In this document: piece by piece, positions 19,277-29,176 of the stretch | How the letters are laid out: each line of letters starts with the position of its first letter | How positions within the stretch are numbered: position 1 is the stretch's first letter | From: an uncultured Myxococcales bacterium | GTDB taxonomy: Bacteria > Myxococcota > Kuafuiibacteriia > Kuafuiibacteriales > Kuafuiibacteriaceae | Assembly (NCBI GenBank): GCA_964519665.1 | Contig: CAZFIV010000011.1 | Coordinates: 35,234-99,233 of the forward strand | DNA: 64,000 bases | Direction of reading: 5' to 3' | Position numbers and translations under genes: made by a program | Notes under the pieces: generated by a model | The model's input: the letters and a program-made list of their open reading frames with translations, nothing else | Databases searched by the model: none | What the model was told of the DNA's origin: nothing

Positions 19277-21538
19277 TCAGGACCTCACGTCGAGAGTCTG
19301 CGTGTCTGAGAACAGCGAAATCGCGGCCGCGTCGAGAGCGGCGCCCACGTCGAGCAGGTCGGTGACCTTGTCTTGAATGACGGCGGACCCCAGAATACCG
19401 TCGCGTCCCCGTCGCTTCTGTACACGTACGCGGTCTTCTACGATGTCGACGATCTGGTCGACGACTAGACCGACGGTGCTCCCGTCTTTCGAGTAGACGA
19501 TGACTTGGATGGGGCCCGGGTCTTCGTCCTGAGCCGGCTGTACCCGCAGCAGGTTCTGGAGGTTGATGAGCGGAAGGATGCGCCCGCGGTACTGAACGAC
19601 GTCCATCTCCCCGGCGTTCTCCACCATGTTGCGGTCGAATTCCTCGAGGCGAGCCACCATCGATAGCGGTATCGCAATCCTTCGACTCTCTCCGACGATG
19701 AACAACAGCATCGTCTGGTTGTCGGCGGCGCGGTCTGATGGGCCGTGGTCGGCCGCGGTGGTCAGGCGGGCTCGCGCCTCGCCGATGACTCCCGCCTTGG
19801 TTGCGAGACCGGTCACATCGAGGATGAGGGCCACCGAGCCATCACCCATGATGGTGGCTCCGGCGAATGTCTTGATGCCCTTCAATTGCTTGGACAGCGG
19901 CTTGACGACGATCTCTTCGGTGTCGGTGATTTCGTCGACGACGAGCCCAAAGCTCTGATCGTCGGCCTGGAGAACGACGATATTGACGGCGGATTCCTCC
20001 TCGCTGGCCCTCGACTTGGGGTCGTACGTCTGCAGCTCCTGGTCCAGATACACCAGCGGCAGCAGATTTCCGCGCAAGCGATAGACCGGAACCCCGTGCA
20101 CCTGTTCGATGCTAGCGCGTGCCACTTCACCGTCGAGCCGGACGAGTTCCAGGAGGCTGACTTGAGGGAGCGCATATCGGTCGCCGCCCGATCTGACGAT
20201 GAGGGCGGGAATAATCGCGAGGGTGAGCGGGATCTTGATGCGCAGCAGGGTGCCGAGGCCCACGCTGCTGTTGATGTCGACTGTACCTCCGATGCGGTCG
20301 ATATTGGAGCGAACGACATCCATCCCCACGCCGCGGCCGGAGATGTTGGTGACCTGCTCGGCCGTCGAGAAGCCGGGCATGAAGACCAGATTGAGAATCT
20401 CTCGGTCACTCATCCGGCTCGCCTGCTCGGCGGAAAGCAAGCCCCGCTTGAGAGCCTTTTCGAGGATTCGGCTCGCGTCGATCCCACGGCCGTCGTCGCT
20501 GATCTCGATGTTGACCTGGCCGCCCTCATGATAGGCGCGCAGCTGCAGCACGCCCGTTTCATCCTTACCGGCCGTCACCCGGTCAGGAGGGGTTTCGATG
20601 CCGTGGTCGACCGCGTTTCGGACGATGTGGATGAGTGGGTCTTTGATGGCCTCGATCAGGGTCTTGTCGAGCTCGGTGTCCTTGCCGTCCATCTCGACTC
20701 GAACCTTCTTTCCGCAGGCGACGGCGAGATCTCGAACCACCCGGGGAAATTTGCTCCACATGTTCCCGATGGGCTGCATCCGGGTCTTCATGACCCCTTC
20801 CTGGAGCTCGCTAGTGATGAGGTTGAGACGCTGAGAAGTGGCCGACAGTAGAGAACTGCTCTCGGTCGAGCTGTACTGAAGGACTTGGTTTCGGGCCAGA
20901 ACCAGTTCGCCGACCAGGTTCATGAGTTGGTCGAGAAGCTCGACGTCCACCCGAATCGTTCGGTCGGAGACCGATTGCTCTTGTCGGCGGGGTTCGGCCG
21001 CGCCGGGGTCGGGGTCTAACGTCGCGGGGGAGGTCATAGCCTCCACCGCCGGGACTTCGGAGGCCGGGGCAACCGGACGTTTGGACGTTGCCGCAGCGGA
21101 GGGAGCGGACGTCGGGGTCACCGGTTCGGCTGGTGCAGCCTCAGAAGCGCCGTCTCGTTGCGGACCTTCGATCAGGGCGGTTAGGTTGTCGATGAGCTGG
21201 GTGAAGTCCGCGTCGCCCTCGGTGCCGTCGGCCTCGATACACGCCATGATCGCCCGCACGGCATCGACCACGGCGAGGAGGGCGCTCGTGATATCGGGGT
21301 CGAGAACGAGCCGGCCGTCGCGCAGCTTGCTGAGGAGATTCTCTCCCTTGTGAGTGACCGATTCGAGCTTGGTGAACCCCAAGAAGCCGCACGTCCCCTT
21401 GATGGTGTGGATGCAGCGGAAGATGTTCGCGAGACGGTCGCTGTCCAACGGGTTCTTTTCGAGCTCGACGAAGTCGTGCTCGAGCTGGTCCAAGCCTTCG
21501 AGACTCTCGACGAGGAATTCCTTAACGATATCGTCCAT
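19277..21538 (-). CDS. cheA: Chemotaxis histidine kinase CheA (HPt, dimerisation, HATPase) with two C-terminal CheW-like domains
   Basis: HPt domain with the phospho-His (CIHTIKGTCGFLGF), an HATPase_c domain (DDGRGID...GRGVGMDVV), then two successive CheW-like segments. The start was set to MDDIVKEF; the track ORF extends 19 codons upstream. Confidence 0.9.
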   Translation of the reverse strand: MDDIVKEFLVESLEGLDQLEHDFVELEKNPLDSDRLANIFRCIHTIKGTCGFLGFTKLESVTHKGENLLSKLRDGRLVLDPDITSALLAVVDAVRAIMACIEADGTEGDADFTQLIDNLTALIEGPQRDGASEAAPAEPVTPTSAPSAAATSKRPVAPASEVPAVEAMTSPATLDPDPGAAEPRRQEQSVSDRTIRVDVELLDQLMNLVGELVLARNQVLQYSSTESSSLLSATSQRLNLITSELQEGVMKTRMQPIGNMWSKFPRVVRDLAVACGKKVRVEMDGKDTELDKTLIEAIKDPLIHIVRNAVDHGIETPPDRVTAGKDETGVLQLRAYHEGGQVNIEISDDGRGIDASRILEKALKRGLLSAEQASRMSDREILNLVFMPGFSTAEQVTNISGRGVGMDVVRSNIDRIGGTVDINSSVGLGTLLRIKIPLTLAIIPALIVRSGGDRYALPQVSLLELVRLDGEVARASIEQVHGVPVYRLRGNLLPLVYLDQELQTYDPKSRASEEESAVNIVVLQADDQSFGLVVDEITDTEEIVVKPLSKQLKGIKTFAGATIMGDGSVALILDVTGLATKAGVIGEARARLTTAADHGPSDRAADNQTMLLFIVGESRRIAIPLSMVARLEEFDRNMVENAGEMDVVQYRGRILPLINLQNLLRVQPAQDEDPGPIQVIVYSKDGSTVGLVVDQIVDIVEDRVRVQKRRGRDGILGSAVIQDKVTDLLDVGAALDAAAISLFSDTQTLDVRS

Positions 21539-21654
21539 GGCGATCAGGTCCGAGCCGGTGACCGGCCGGGCGTCGAGGCCGGCCGGGATCCGCAATGAAG
21601 AGTCGGACCTCGCTGCGGCGACTTTAGGACGGTGGGAGGTTTCAGCTCGACGGG

Positions 21655-22524
21655 CTACCGCGCCCAGCTTCGCAAGAGAAAGGTGGGCTGCAGAGAGAGT
21701 GGAAGGTCGGCGAAGACGCCTTTCGCCAGGCCGAACGTCGCGAGCGCCACGTCGATACCAAAGTTGCGAGCACCGAGTACGTCGGTATGCAACTGGTCGC
21801 CGACCATCACCACCCGTCGACTCTGGGCCCGCTCGACCGCGGCCTCGAAGATGGCGGCAAACGGCTTGCCGAGCCGGTCGAAAGTCAAATCGGCTCGGTC
21901 TGGATACCTCTGGGCAAGAGCCTGCTCAAACCACAGCGCCATCGAGCCGGCGGCGAAGCCGAACCGTCCGGGACCCGCCGGGTACACCAGATCGGGGTTG
22001 GGAAGAATCAGGCGAAGGTTTCGGCCCGCGTCCAGCTGGGAGAAGACCATCGATAGGCCCTGGTTCATGCGCGGCATGAAATCGAAGCCGCCCTCTTCGC
22101 CGATGACCAATGCCTCGGCGCGAGACATGTCGTCCCGATCCCAATCGAGGATCTCGCCGCCGGCGAGCCGGACATATTCGACGGTATCGGGTGAGCCGAT
22201 TACGGCGCAGGGTGTGCCCACGAGGTTGTGTGCTTCGAAGTATCCGGCCACTAAGCTGCCCGCGGTGATGATCCGATCGCGCTCTATCGCCAGGCCGAGG
22301 CTTTGATAGCGCGCCTCGGCGGTGGCCGGCAGGCGAGACGAGTCGTTGGTGACCACCCAGTACGGCTTGCGGATGGCATTGAGGTGCTCGATAAGGGCTG
22401 GCGCACCCGGGATGACCGCATGGGCGTCGATCAGGACGCCGTAGGCGTCGAGGAGCAGGGCGTCGTACCGTGCGACCAGATCTTCTACGGTGACTTCGGG
22501 AATCTCGAGGCTCGTCGTACTCAT
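21655..22524 (-). CDS. HAD-superfamily hydrolase, subfamily IIA (NagD/UMP-phosphatase-like)
   Basis: DAYGVL (DxxG/DxD-type motif I), ...VVTNDS..., GKP, and MVGDQLHTDVLGARNFGIDVALA (motif IV). The track ORF is over-extended; the start was set at the ATG at 22524 (MSTTSLEIPE). It ends 117 bp upstream of the cheA start. Confidence 0.75.
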   Translation of the reverse strand: MSTTSLEIPEVTVEDLVARYDALLLDAYGVLIDAHAVIPGAPALIEHLNAIRKPYWVVTNDSSRLPATAEARYQSLGLAIERDRIITAGSLVAGYFEAHNLVGTPCAVIGSPDTVEYVRLAGGEILDWDRDDMSRAEALVIGEEGGFDFMPRMNQGLSMVFSQLDAGRNLRLILPNPDLVYPAGPGRFGFAAGSMALWFEQALAQRYPDRADLTFDRLGKPFAAIFEAAVERAQSRRVVMVGDQLHTDVLGARNFGIDVALATFGLAKGVFADLPLSLQPTFLLRSWAR

Positions 22525-22896
22525 CGACGCGGACGCTAGCAGAAGGTCGCACCCAGGTCGGCCAAAAGGCGTTATTCCTCTCGTCGTCGTGGCGTCGGCG
22601 CGAGCTCTGCCTTCTTTCCAGGCATCGAAGAGGTCCGTTGTCCCGGAGCGGGGTGTCAAAAGGCCATGATGCGACGAGAGTCGTACCCGGGGAGCAAGCG
22701 CGCGGGCCGCAACATGAAGTGGAGCCTGCAGCCTCGGCGATACACGCCTGCGCGGCACGAAGCGCTATCCGGAGGCGGCGCAATGCAGCGGTCCGAGATC
22801 TCTTTGGTACGCCGTGTGCGGGAGAATCGCACGCACGGTTTGAACGGGGGCTTTACCTGAGTTCGGTCCCCGGGAGAAGGAAGGTAAGGTCTACGA

Positions 22897-23370
22897 ATGT
22901 TCTTCCGTCGGGTCGGATATCATTGGTTCGGATGGATAGTCCTCTTGGCGGGATGTGCTTCTGGGACCTCGGACCGACCGTCCGTCGCTGCTGGTGGGTC
23001 AGCCCAAAGCCGGGCATCTGGTTCGGGCCCTCGCGGCCCTTCGGAATCGGAGCCGATCCGTCCTGATGAGCAGCTGGAGGGAAGAGACCACGATCGCCCG
23101 TACGCTGCCTGCGGCGCGTTCGAGAGCTATGAGTGGGTCGCGGCTCAAAGGTGTCCGGACGGGAGCCATCCTCTGGTAGGAGACCCTCGGCGAGGCCGGG
23201 GCGCGCGGCGCGGCTCGATGGGACCGCACCCCGTCGACGGGCCGGGAACGGGCGACATCTTTCGCGATGCCCATATGGTCGATCACTACGTCTTGCCGTG
23301 CCCCGACGGCGACGTCGACCTATTCGTTTGCCTATATCACTGTCCCGAAGGCCGAAGTCCATTCGAGTGA
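22897..23370 (+). CDS. Hypothetical lipoprotein
   Basis: Signal peptide with a lipobox (WIVLLAGCASG). Cys/His-containing C-terminus (DHYVLPCPDGDVDLFVCLYHCPEGRSPFE). Its 3' end overlaps the convergent CPBP gene by ~34 nt. Confidence 0.45.
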   Translation: MFFRRVGYHWFGWIVLLAGCASGTSDRPSVAAGGSAQSRASGSGPRGPSESEPIRPDEQLEGRDHDRPYAACGAFESYEWVAAQRCPDGSHPLVGDPRRGRGARRGSMGPHPVDGPGTGDIFRDAHMVDHYVLPCPDGDVDLFVCLYHCPEGRSPFE

Positions 23371-24230
23371 CGGCGAACCGTTGGCCACAAAGCTACGCAC
23401 GCGGTGACCAGCACAACGACGGTGACGATCGAGGCCTCCGGCCCCGCCGGGCCACCGGTCATGATCATCGAGCCGTGAAAGCTGCTCTGCAGTGGCGCGA
23501 AGACCCGCCAGGTCTGAATGCCGCTCAGCGGTAGTCCGGAGATGAAGATCGTAAGGTTCCAGGCCGCATGGTGAAGGACCAGCGCCCAGATGTTTCGAGC
23601 CAGAATTAAGTACAGACCCGCCCAGAAGAGTCCGAGCAGCAGCAACGACAGGGACGGCATGATGCCCTCCCAGTTCTCGTTGGCGAAGTGAGCGAGACAG
23701 AAAGCCACCGACGAGATACCGCCGGCTGGGCCCACACCGAGCTTGCGTTCGAGAACGCCAAATACGAGTCCCCGAAAGATGAGCTCTTCTAAGACGCCCA
23801 TCATCAGAACGACGCCGACTACGCCCAGCATGCCGAACTCAAAGCCGGTAACCGCATCGAGTCGATAGAATCCCATCAGATACAGGAGCGACATAGGCAG
23901 GCCGATCAGCGCCGGGCCGGATACCAACCCCACCAGCGCGAACCCCGGCCGAACGCGGAGCTCGGTCGGCGGCCGTCGAGCGACGCCCCACATGTACAGT
24001 CCATAGGTGGTGACGATGGTCACCGTAGTGAGGCCGACATTGCCGAGGAACTCGAGCGGGTCGTCGACGACGACCTGGGTCGGCGCGTGACCGCCGCGCA
24101 GGCCCAACGCCGGCAGGACGACCAGCTTCACAAGGATCAATGCCAGCAGCAGACTGAAGACTCCGCCCAAAATGACCAGCGTCGCGCGCGCCAGCGCGCG
24201 GACCGACCCCCACCATCGCCCTACGAGCAC
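23337..24230 (-). CDS. CPBP-family intramembrane glutamic endopeptidase (CAAX protease/bacteriocin-processing family)
   Basis: Multi-TM protein with the three CPBP motifs: EELIFRG, FxxxH (FCLAHFANE) and HxxxN (HHAAWN). Confidence 0.8.
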   Translation of the reverse strand: MLVGRWWGSVRALARATLVILGGVFSLLLALILVKLVVLPALGLRGGHAPTQVVVDDPLEFLGNVGLTTVTIVTTYGLYMWGVARRPPTELRVRPGFALVGLVSGPALIGLPMSLLYLMGFYRLDAVTGFEFGMLGVVGVVLMMGVLEELIFRGLVFGVLERKLGVGPAGGISSVAFCLAHFANENWEGIMPSLSLLLLGLFWAGLYLILARNIWALVLHHAAWNLTIFISGLPLSGIQTWRVFAPLQSSFHGSMIMTGGPAGPEASIVTVVVLVTACVALWPTVRRHSNGLRPSGQ

Positions 24231-24445
24231 GCTCCGAGACTACCGTTTCGCCGGGCGGAGACGAAGCGGTGTCGTTCGAACCGCCGGTGACCAGCGGAAT
24301 CACTCGATGCGCGTGGTCATCCAGGGGTTCCAGGGTGCTATCGGACTCTCGGTCGGTGCGGCCTTCCGCCGGCATGGCGAGGCTGCATTTGAGCGATGCC
24401 TGATTTCTGCGCGGACGCTAAGTGGTCATGGCATGATGCGCCAGG

Positions 24446-25654
24446 ATGGGCCGCCACCATAGTACCGGCCGGGTCTGGCGTCTGCCGGTCGCGTTGACGA
24501 TCGGGGTTCATGGGGCGGCAGCGTTTTGGGCGTTGGTATTCCCGCGAGACGAGGCCCCGGGGGTTCGGAGCGGGCCCGAGATCGAGTTCATCGTCATGCG
24601 GGCGGTCGAAACGACCCGTCCCGAAGAAACCGCGGTCGGCGAGGAGCCGGCTCCCTCGGTCACGAAGCCCGAACGACGCCGCGGGCCGGGGCGGCGGAAA
24701 AGGCATACGGATGGTCCGGCCGAGCCGGAGTCGACCTCGGGAGAGACACCAGCCTCGGCTCGGGCGCCGGGGCCGGATGTACGAGTCGAGCGCCGGGAAC
24801 CGATGCCTAGACCATCCCGACTCGCCGATGGAGCGGTTCGGCGCCCTCCGAGTGAACGGCTCGGTTCCGAGAAGAAGATCGATCTGAAACTACGGGTGCG
24901 GCCTCCGCCGGCCCCGCCGCTGACCGAGTTCCGCAAGCCTTCTGACGTCCACATCGACGACCCGCTCATGGATGTGCTCGACCGGCTGAATCCGCTGGCG
25001 CGCCGCTCGCGAGCCGACCGCCCGGCGGGTGGAGGCGGGCGCGTCGTCGAGTCAGCGAACGTCGACCTTCGCGTGGATGCCGACGGGACGGCGACGTTCG
25101 AAGAAAAGCTGCCTTTCGACCTCGGCGGAGCGCCCCAGGATCCCGACCGCGCCCATGATCTCCGCATTCACCAAGGCGGGCCCTACCGGACCTCCGAGCT
25201 GGCTGACCAGGGCTTCAAGGGGCTTCAAATCGGGTTCTCGGCCGACCTGTTCGGCGCGCTTCTGCCACGAGAGATGGGGCAAGCCGAGAAGCTACGTCTG
25301 TTCGAGGAGACCGAGGGCGTGCGAGCCGAGCTCAACGAAGAAGCCTGCGCCCAGCGCCTCCGGACGTCCTTGTTCGAACTACGCGACGATCTCGAACGAG
25401 TCTGGGCGGACGATGGGATGACCGTCGCCGAGAGGAAGAGGCTCCTGTTCGCGCGGTGGGACGAGTGTGCCGAGTCCGGAACGGATGAGGTCCTGCTCTA
25501 TGCGATGGCCGCCCGAGCCACGATCATCGCGTTCATCCGAAATCGGCTGCCCTCAGGGAGTAAGGTCGCTTATACGCAAGCGGAGTTGTCGGCGCTAAAT
25601 GCGCGCCGGGAATCCGCCGTGGCCTTCGAACCTTACCTCGCCCGCGAGCCATGA
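24446..25654 (+). CDS. Hypothetical membrane-anchored protein (N-terminal TM, Pro/Glu/Arg-rich spacer, alpha-helical C-terminal domain)
   Basis: TM at ~res 12-32 (LPVALTIGVHGAAAFWALVF). The Pro-rich linker resembles a TonB N-terminus, but there is no TonB C-terminal domain. The C-terminal 200 aa are non-repetitive and GC3-biased. Confidence 0.5.
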   Translation: MGRHHSTGRVWRLPVALTIGVHGAAAFWALVFPRDEAPGVRSGPEIEFIVMRAVETTRPEETAVGEEPAPSVTKPERRRGPGRRKRHTDGPAEPESTSGETPASARAPGPDVRVERREPMPRPSRLADGAVRRPPSERLGSEKKIDLKLRVRPPPAPPLTEFRKPSDVHIDDPLMDVLDRLNPLARRSRADRPAGGGGRVVESANVDLRVDADGTATFEEKLPFDLGGAPQDPDRAHDLRIHQGGPYRTSELADQGFKGLQIGFSADLFGALLPREMGQAEKLRLFEETEGVRAELNEEACAQRLRTSLFELRDDLERVWADDGMTVAERKRLLFARWDECAESGTDEVLLYAMAARATIIAFIRNRLPSGSKVAYTQAELSALNARRESAVAFEPYLAREP

Positions 25655-25732
25655 ACAGGGCGCGCCGAGCCGATGAGCAGACCTCGTGAGGCGCCGGTGG
25701 TCGGGTGGTCCGACCACCGGGCGACTCCGGGG

Positions 25733-26215
25733 CTAGGCTCCGCCGCCGCGATGGCGGCGATACGTACCGGAGAACGGCGCGCCGCACACGGGCGGATGCA
25801 CGTGGGTGTCTCGGACTCGAGCCGTGTTTCCACTCGGACCGAACAGCTGTATGATGATTCCGCCGTACTGGAGGTGTTCTTCCCGGAGCTCACCGTCGAC
25901 ATCTTCGTCCACGTCGGTGCTCGCGACGAGCTTCGAGCCTCGAAGCGAGCCGACCGCGGCGACCGAGCACGGCTGGCCGGCCTCTATCAGCCCACCCGGT
26001 CGAGCCGTTCGGAACAGGTCGACCCGATAGTTGCCGGAGTGAGGCCCCTGAGCCGCCCGGATCTCGATGCGACTACCCTCGTGGGGCCCGAAATAGGTAC
26101 CGGTGGGGTCGACGTCGTCGGGAGCCGCGGGCTGGGACCAACAGGCGAGGGCACCGATACAGGCGGTGACCAGCCCGAAGAAACGATGTTGGCGTATCCG
26201 TGCAGCTCGAGTCAT
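25733..26215 (-). CDS. Hypothetical secreted/lipoprotein-like protein
   Basis: N-terminal hydrophobic segment (FFGLVTACIGALAC). No domain recognised. It lies opposite an obvious shadow ORF (25673..26893 +), so the call rests on the signal peptide and the position next to pmbA. Confidence 0.35.
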   Translation of the reverse strand: MTRAARIRQHRFFGLVTACIGALACWSQPAAPDDVDPTGTYFGPHEGSRIEIRAAQGPHSGNYRVDLFRTARPGGLIEAGQPCSVAAVGSLRGSKLVASTDVDEDVDGELREEHLQYGGIIIQLFGPSGNTARVRDTHVHPPVCGAPFSGTYRRHRGGGA

Positions 26216-26290
26216 CCGGTTCGGCCCATCGTGGATGTCGGTTCGAAGGCCCAGCTCGACTCTGGCGGTGGCCGCGATCGCACCGAGCGT

Positions 26291-27658
26291 TCAAGACCCG
26301 GCGACGGTCATTCGGCCGACCCGGAACGTGGGGCAAGCGAACCCGGTTTTGGGGTCGAGGTCATCGGCGATGCCGTCGACACGGGCCCAGAGGTCTTTGA
26401 AGTTGGCGGAGACGGTCATTTCGCCGACCGGAAAAGTGAGCTTGCCCTTTTCGATCCAGAAGCCCTCGGCCCCCCGGCTGAAGTCGCCGGTGGTGCCATT
26501 GAAACCAAAGCCCATCATGTTGGTCACGTAGAAGCCCGATTCGATGTCGCCGATCAAGGACTCGGCCGTCGCGGTTCCAGGCAGCAGGTGAAAGTTGGTG
26601 GACGCGGGCGCCGGGCGGCCGCCGATCCCCCGGGATGCGCTTGCGGTGCTACGAAGCCCCAGCTTGCGTGCGGCGTAGGTGTCCAGCAGATACGATCGCA
26701 AGACACCCTTCTCGATCACCACATTGCGGCGGCTCGCCAGGCCTTCGCCGTCGTAGGGGCGGGAGGCCGGGGCGGCGGGCATGAGCGGGTCGTCGACGAT
26801 GGTGACGCCATCGGCGGCGACGGACTCGCCGAGCGCATCGACGAGATAACTCGTGCGTCGGTAGATGGCGCTGCCCGAAATGCAGCTGAATAGGAGACTC
26901 AGGAGGGCGCGCCCCGCGTCGGGGTCGAACACGACCGGTACCTCGCACGTGGGTACCTTCTTGGCGCCGAGCTTGGCCAGCGTCCGTCGGGCCGCTTCTT
27001 GCCCGATCGCGGTAGGGTCAGCGAGCGCCTGAGTGTGGCGGCGGGCGTCCCAGTAAAAACCGTTGCGCTTTTTGCCCCCGGCGTCGTCGGCGATCGGGAT
27101 GACCACCAAGCTCTGGTAGGTGCCTTGGTACCCTCCGCTGAAGCCCCCGCTGGTGACCAGGGCCGATGCACCCCACGTTCGGCTAAACGTCGAACCGTCG
27201 CTGTTGGTGATCTTCGGGTCGAATTCGCGAGCCGCCCGTTCGCCGCCGAGCGCGTACTCGGTGGCCTTGGCACCGTCGATCTGGGCGCCGGTCGGGTCGT
27301 GGAGGTCGAGGTCGGCGGGGGATTCGCGCATGAGCTCGGACGGATCGGGCGGACCCGCCTCGAGGTCGGGTTCGGACAGCGCCGCGAGTTCGAGGGCGTC
27401 GGCGACCAGCCGAGCCAAACCGTCGTCGGTGAGGTCACTCGTGTAGGTGATACCGGCTCGACCCTCTTTGATCACCCGGATGCCCACCGCGCTGCTGCCG
27501 GCTTCTTCTACGAGCTCTCGCTCGCCAAGCCGGACTTTGACCGACAGGACCTGGCTGTCGCGAGCCAAGACCTCGGCGATGTCGGCACCCCTGCTCATGG
27601 CGCTGTCGACCAGCCGTTGGGCGCGGTCGATGAGTGCCGCTACACGCTCGTTACTCAT
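26291..27658 (-). CDS. pmbA: TldE/PmbA metalloprotease-family protein
   Basis: 455 aa with a TldD/PmbA fold. Matches PmbA over its whole length (GADIAEVLARDSQVLSVKVRLGE...; C-terminal GFxxxNxxGDF-type motifs). It starts 11 nt after the tldD stop. Confidence 0.85.
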   Translation of the reverse strand: MSNERVAALIDRAQRLVDSAMSRGADIAEVLARDSQVLSVKVRLGERELVEEAGSSAVGIRVIKEGRAGITYTSDLTDDGLARLVADALELAALSEPDLEAGPPDPSELMRESPADLDLHDPTGAQIDGAKATEYALGGERAAREFDPKITNSDGSTFSRTWGASALVTSGGFSGGYQGTYQSLVVIPIADDAGGKKRNGFYWDARRHTQALADPTAIGQEAARRTLAKLGAKKVPTCEVPVVFDPDAGRALLSLLFSCISGSAIYRRTSYLVDALGESVAADGVTIVDDPLMPAAPASRPYDGEGLASRRNVVIEKGVLRSYLLDTYAARKLGLRSTASASRGIGGRPAPASTNFHLLPGTATAESLIGDIESGFYVTNMMGFGFNGTTGDFSRGAEGFWIEKGKLTFPVGEMTVSANFKDLWARVDGIADDLDPKTGFACPTFRVGRMTVAGS

Positions 27659-27668
27659 GCTTCAGACC

Positions 27669-29111
27669 TCACCCGACCTGCGTGCCGCCGACGGTGATCG
27701 CCGAAATGCGAGTGGTTGGGCAGCCAACGCCTACCGGCACCTGCTGACCTTCTTTGCCGCACGTCCACATTCCGTCGGACATCTCGACATCCGATGCCAG
27801 CATGTCGACTTTGCACAGTACATCCGGGCCATTGCCAATCAAGTTGACACCCTTCAAAGGGGCGGTGAGTTTACCATCTTCGATCAGATAGCTCTCGGTC
27901 AACGAGAAGACGAAGTCACCATTCGAGATGTTGACCTGGCCACCGGAGAAACGCTTGGCGTATACACCCTTCTTTACGCTGGCGATGATCTCCTCCGGCG
28001 TATGAGGGCCCTGGGTCATGATGGTGTTGGTCATGCGGGGCATCGGATGATGGCGAAACGATTGCCGGCGACCGTGGTGACTCGAAACCTTGAAGTGTTT
28101 GGCACTCGTTCGGTCTTGCAGGTAGCCTCGCAGGACTCCATTGTCGATCAGGTGCACGGGCCTCGCGTCGTTGCCTTCGTCGTCGATATTGATCGAACCG
28201 CGAGAACCCAGATAGGTCGGGTCATCCACAACGGATACGAGCTCGCTGGCGACGACTTCACCGATACGGTCGGAGTAATTCGAGGTTTTCTTGCGGTTGA
28301 AGTCTGCTTCGAGGCCATGACCCACAGCTTCATGGAGCAAGATGCCGCTGTCGCCAGGTGCCAGCACGACCGGCAGCTCCCCGGCCGGCGCGTCCTTGGC
28401 GTCGAGCATGTCGATGGCGATCCGAGCCGCTTCCCGGCCATGGTCTTCGGGTTTCTTGCCGCCCATCAGAAAGTACTCCATCCCCATCCGCCCACCGCCG
28501 CTCGACGAGCCCGACTGACGTAGCGGACCATCTTCGGCGACCGCATTTACGCTGAATCGAAGCAAAGGCTGGTGATCGCGCACGAAGACCCCATCGCTGG
28601 TCGCGATCAGGACCTCCTTGATCTCTTCAGTAAAGCTCGCCTGCACCTTCTCGATGCGAGGGTCGTAGGCGCGGGCGGCTTGATCGGCCCGCCGCAGCAT
28701 TCGTCGCTTCTCGGTGCCCGGGACTTCGAGGGTCAGCGTCTCGAAGGGATAGCGATTGGGATGCTCTTTGGGCGCCGGCACCGGGACCTCGGGCGCTCCG
28801 CCGCCGGCCGCGATCTGACCGGCGATCTTGGCGGCGTTGGCCATCGCGTCGGGCGCCAAACTCTCGGTGTAGGCGTAACCGGTCGCGTCGCCTTTGAGGA
28901 CTCGAACCCCCAGGCCGAGGCTTACGCCTCGGCCGGCCGCTTTGAGGATGCCGTCCTCGTACGAGAAGCTACCCGATGCTTGATACTCGAAGTAGAGATC
29001 CGCGTAGTCTCCGCCCGCCGAGAGGGCCGTCTGCAGGAGCTTTCGAGCCGTCTCGGGGTCGACGGCCATCGGGCCGCCCGGCGCGAATGGAGCGCGATAC
29101 GATGTCGTCAT
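27669..29111 (-). CDS. tldD: TldD metalloprotease
   Basis: Strong TldD identity, including the HExxxH zinc site (HEAVGHGLEADFNRK). The track ORF 27669..29855 is over-extended through Arg/Gly/Pro low-complexity sequence and overlaps the real upstream gene. The start was set to the ATG at 29111 (MTTSYRAPFAPGGPMAVDPETARKLL). Confidence 0.9.
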   Translation of the reverse strand: MTTSYRAPFAPGGPMAVDPETARKLLQTALSAGGDYADLYFEYQASGSFSYEDGILKAAGRGVSLGLGVRVLKGDATGYAYTESLAPDAMANAAKIAGQIAAGGGAPEVPVPAPKEHPNRYPFETLTLEVPGTEKRRMLRRADQAARAYDPRIEKVQASFTEEIKEVLIATSDGVFVRDHQPLLRFSVNAVAEDGPLRQSGSSSGGGRMGMEYFLMGGKKPEDHGREAARIAIDMLDAKDAPAGELPVVLAPGDSGILLHEAVGHGLEADFNRKKTSNYSDRIGEVVASELVSVVDDPTYLGSRGSINIDDEGNDARPVHLIDNGVLRGYLQDRTSAKHFKVSSHHGRRQSFRHHPMPRMTNTIMTQGPHTPEEIIASVKKGVYAKRFSGGQVNISNGDFVFSLTESYLIEDGKLTAPLKGVNLIGNGPDVLCKVDMLASDVEMSDGMWTCGKEGQQVPVGVGCPTTRISAITVGGTQVG

Positions 29112-29176
29112 GCGAACCACCGTAGCAACCCAGGACCGTTCGGCAAACGAGGTGATGGTTCTTCGGGTCTTTGTCT

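Noticed and set aside
22525-22896. ORF 22638..23066 (+) and others in the HAD/lipoprotein divergent region
   Set aside because: Translations are Arg/Ala-rich with no signal or domain. The region is better explained as a divergent promoter region for the HAD-che operon and the lipoprotein gene.
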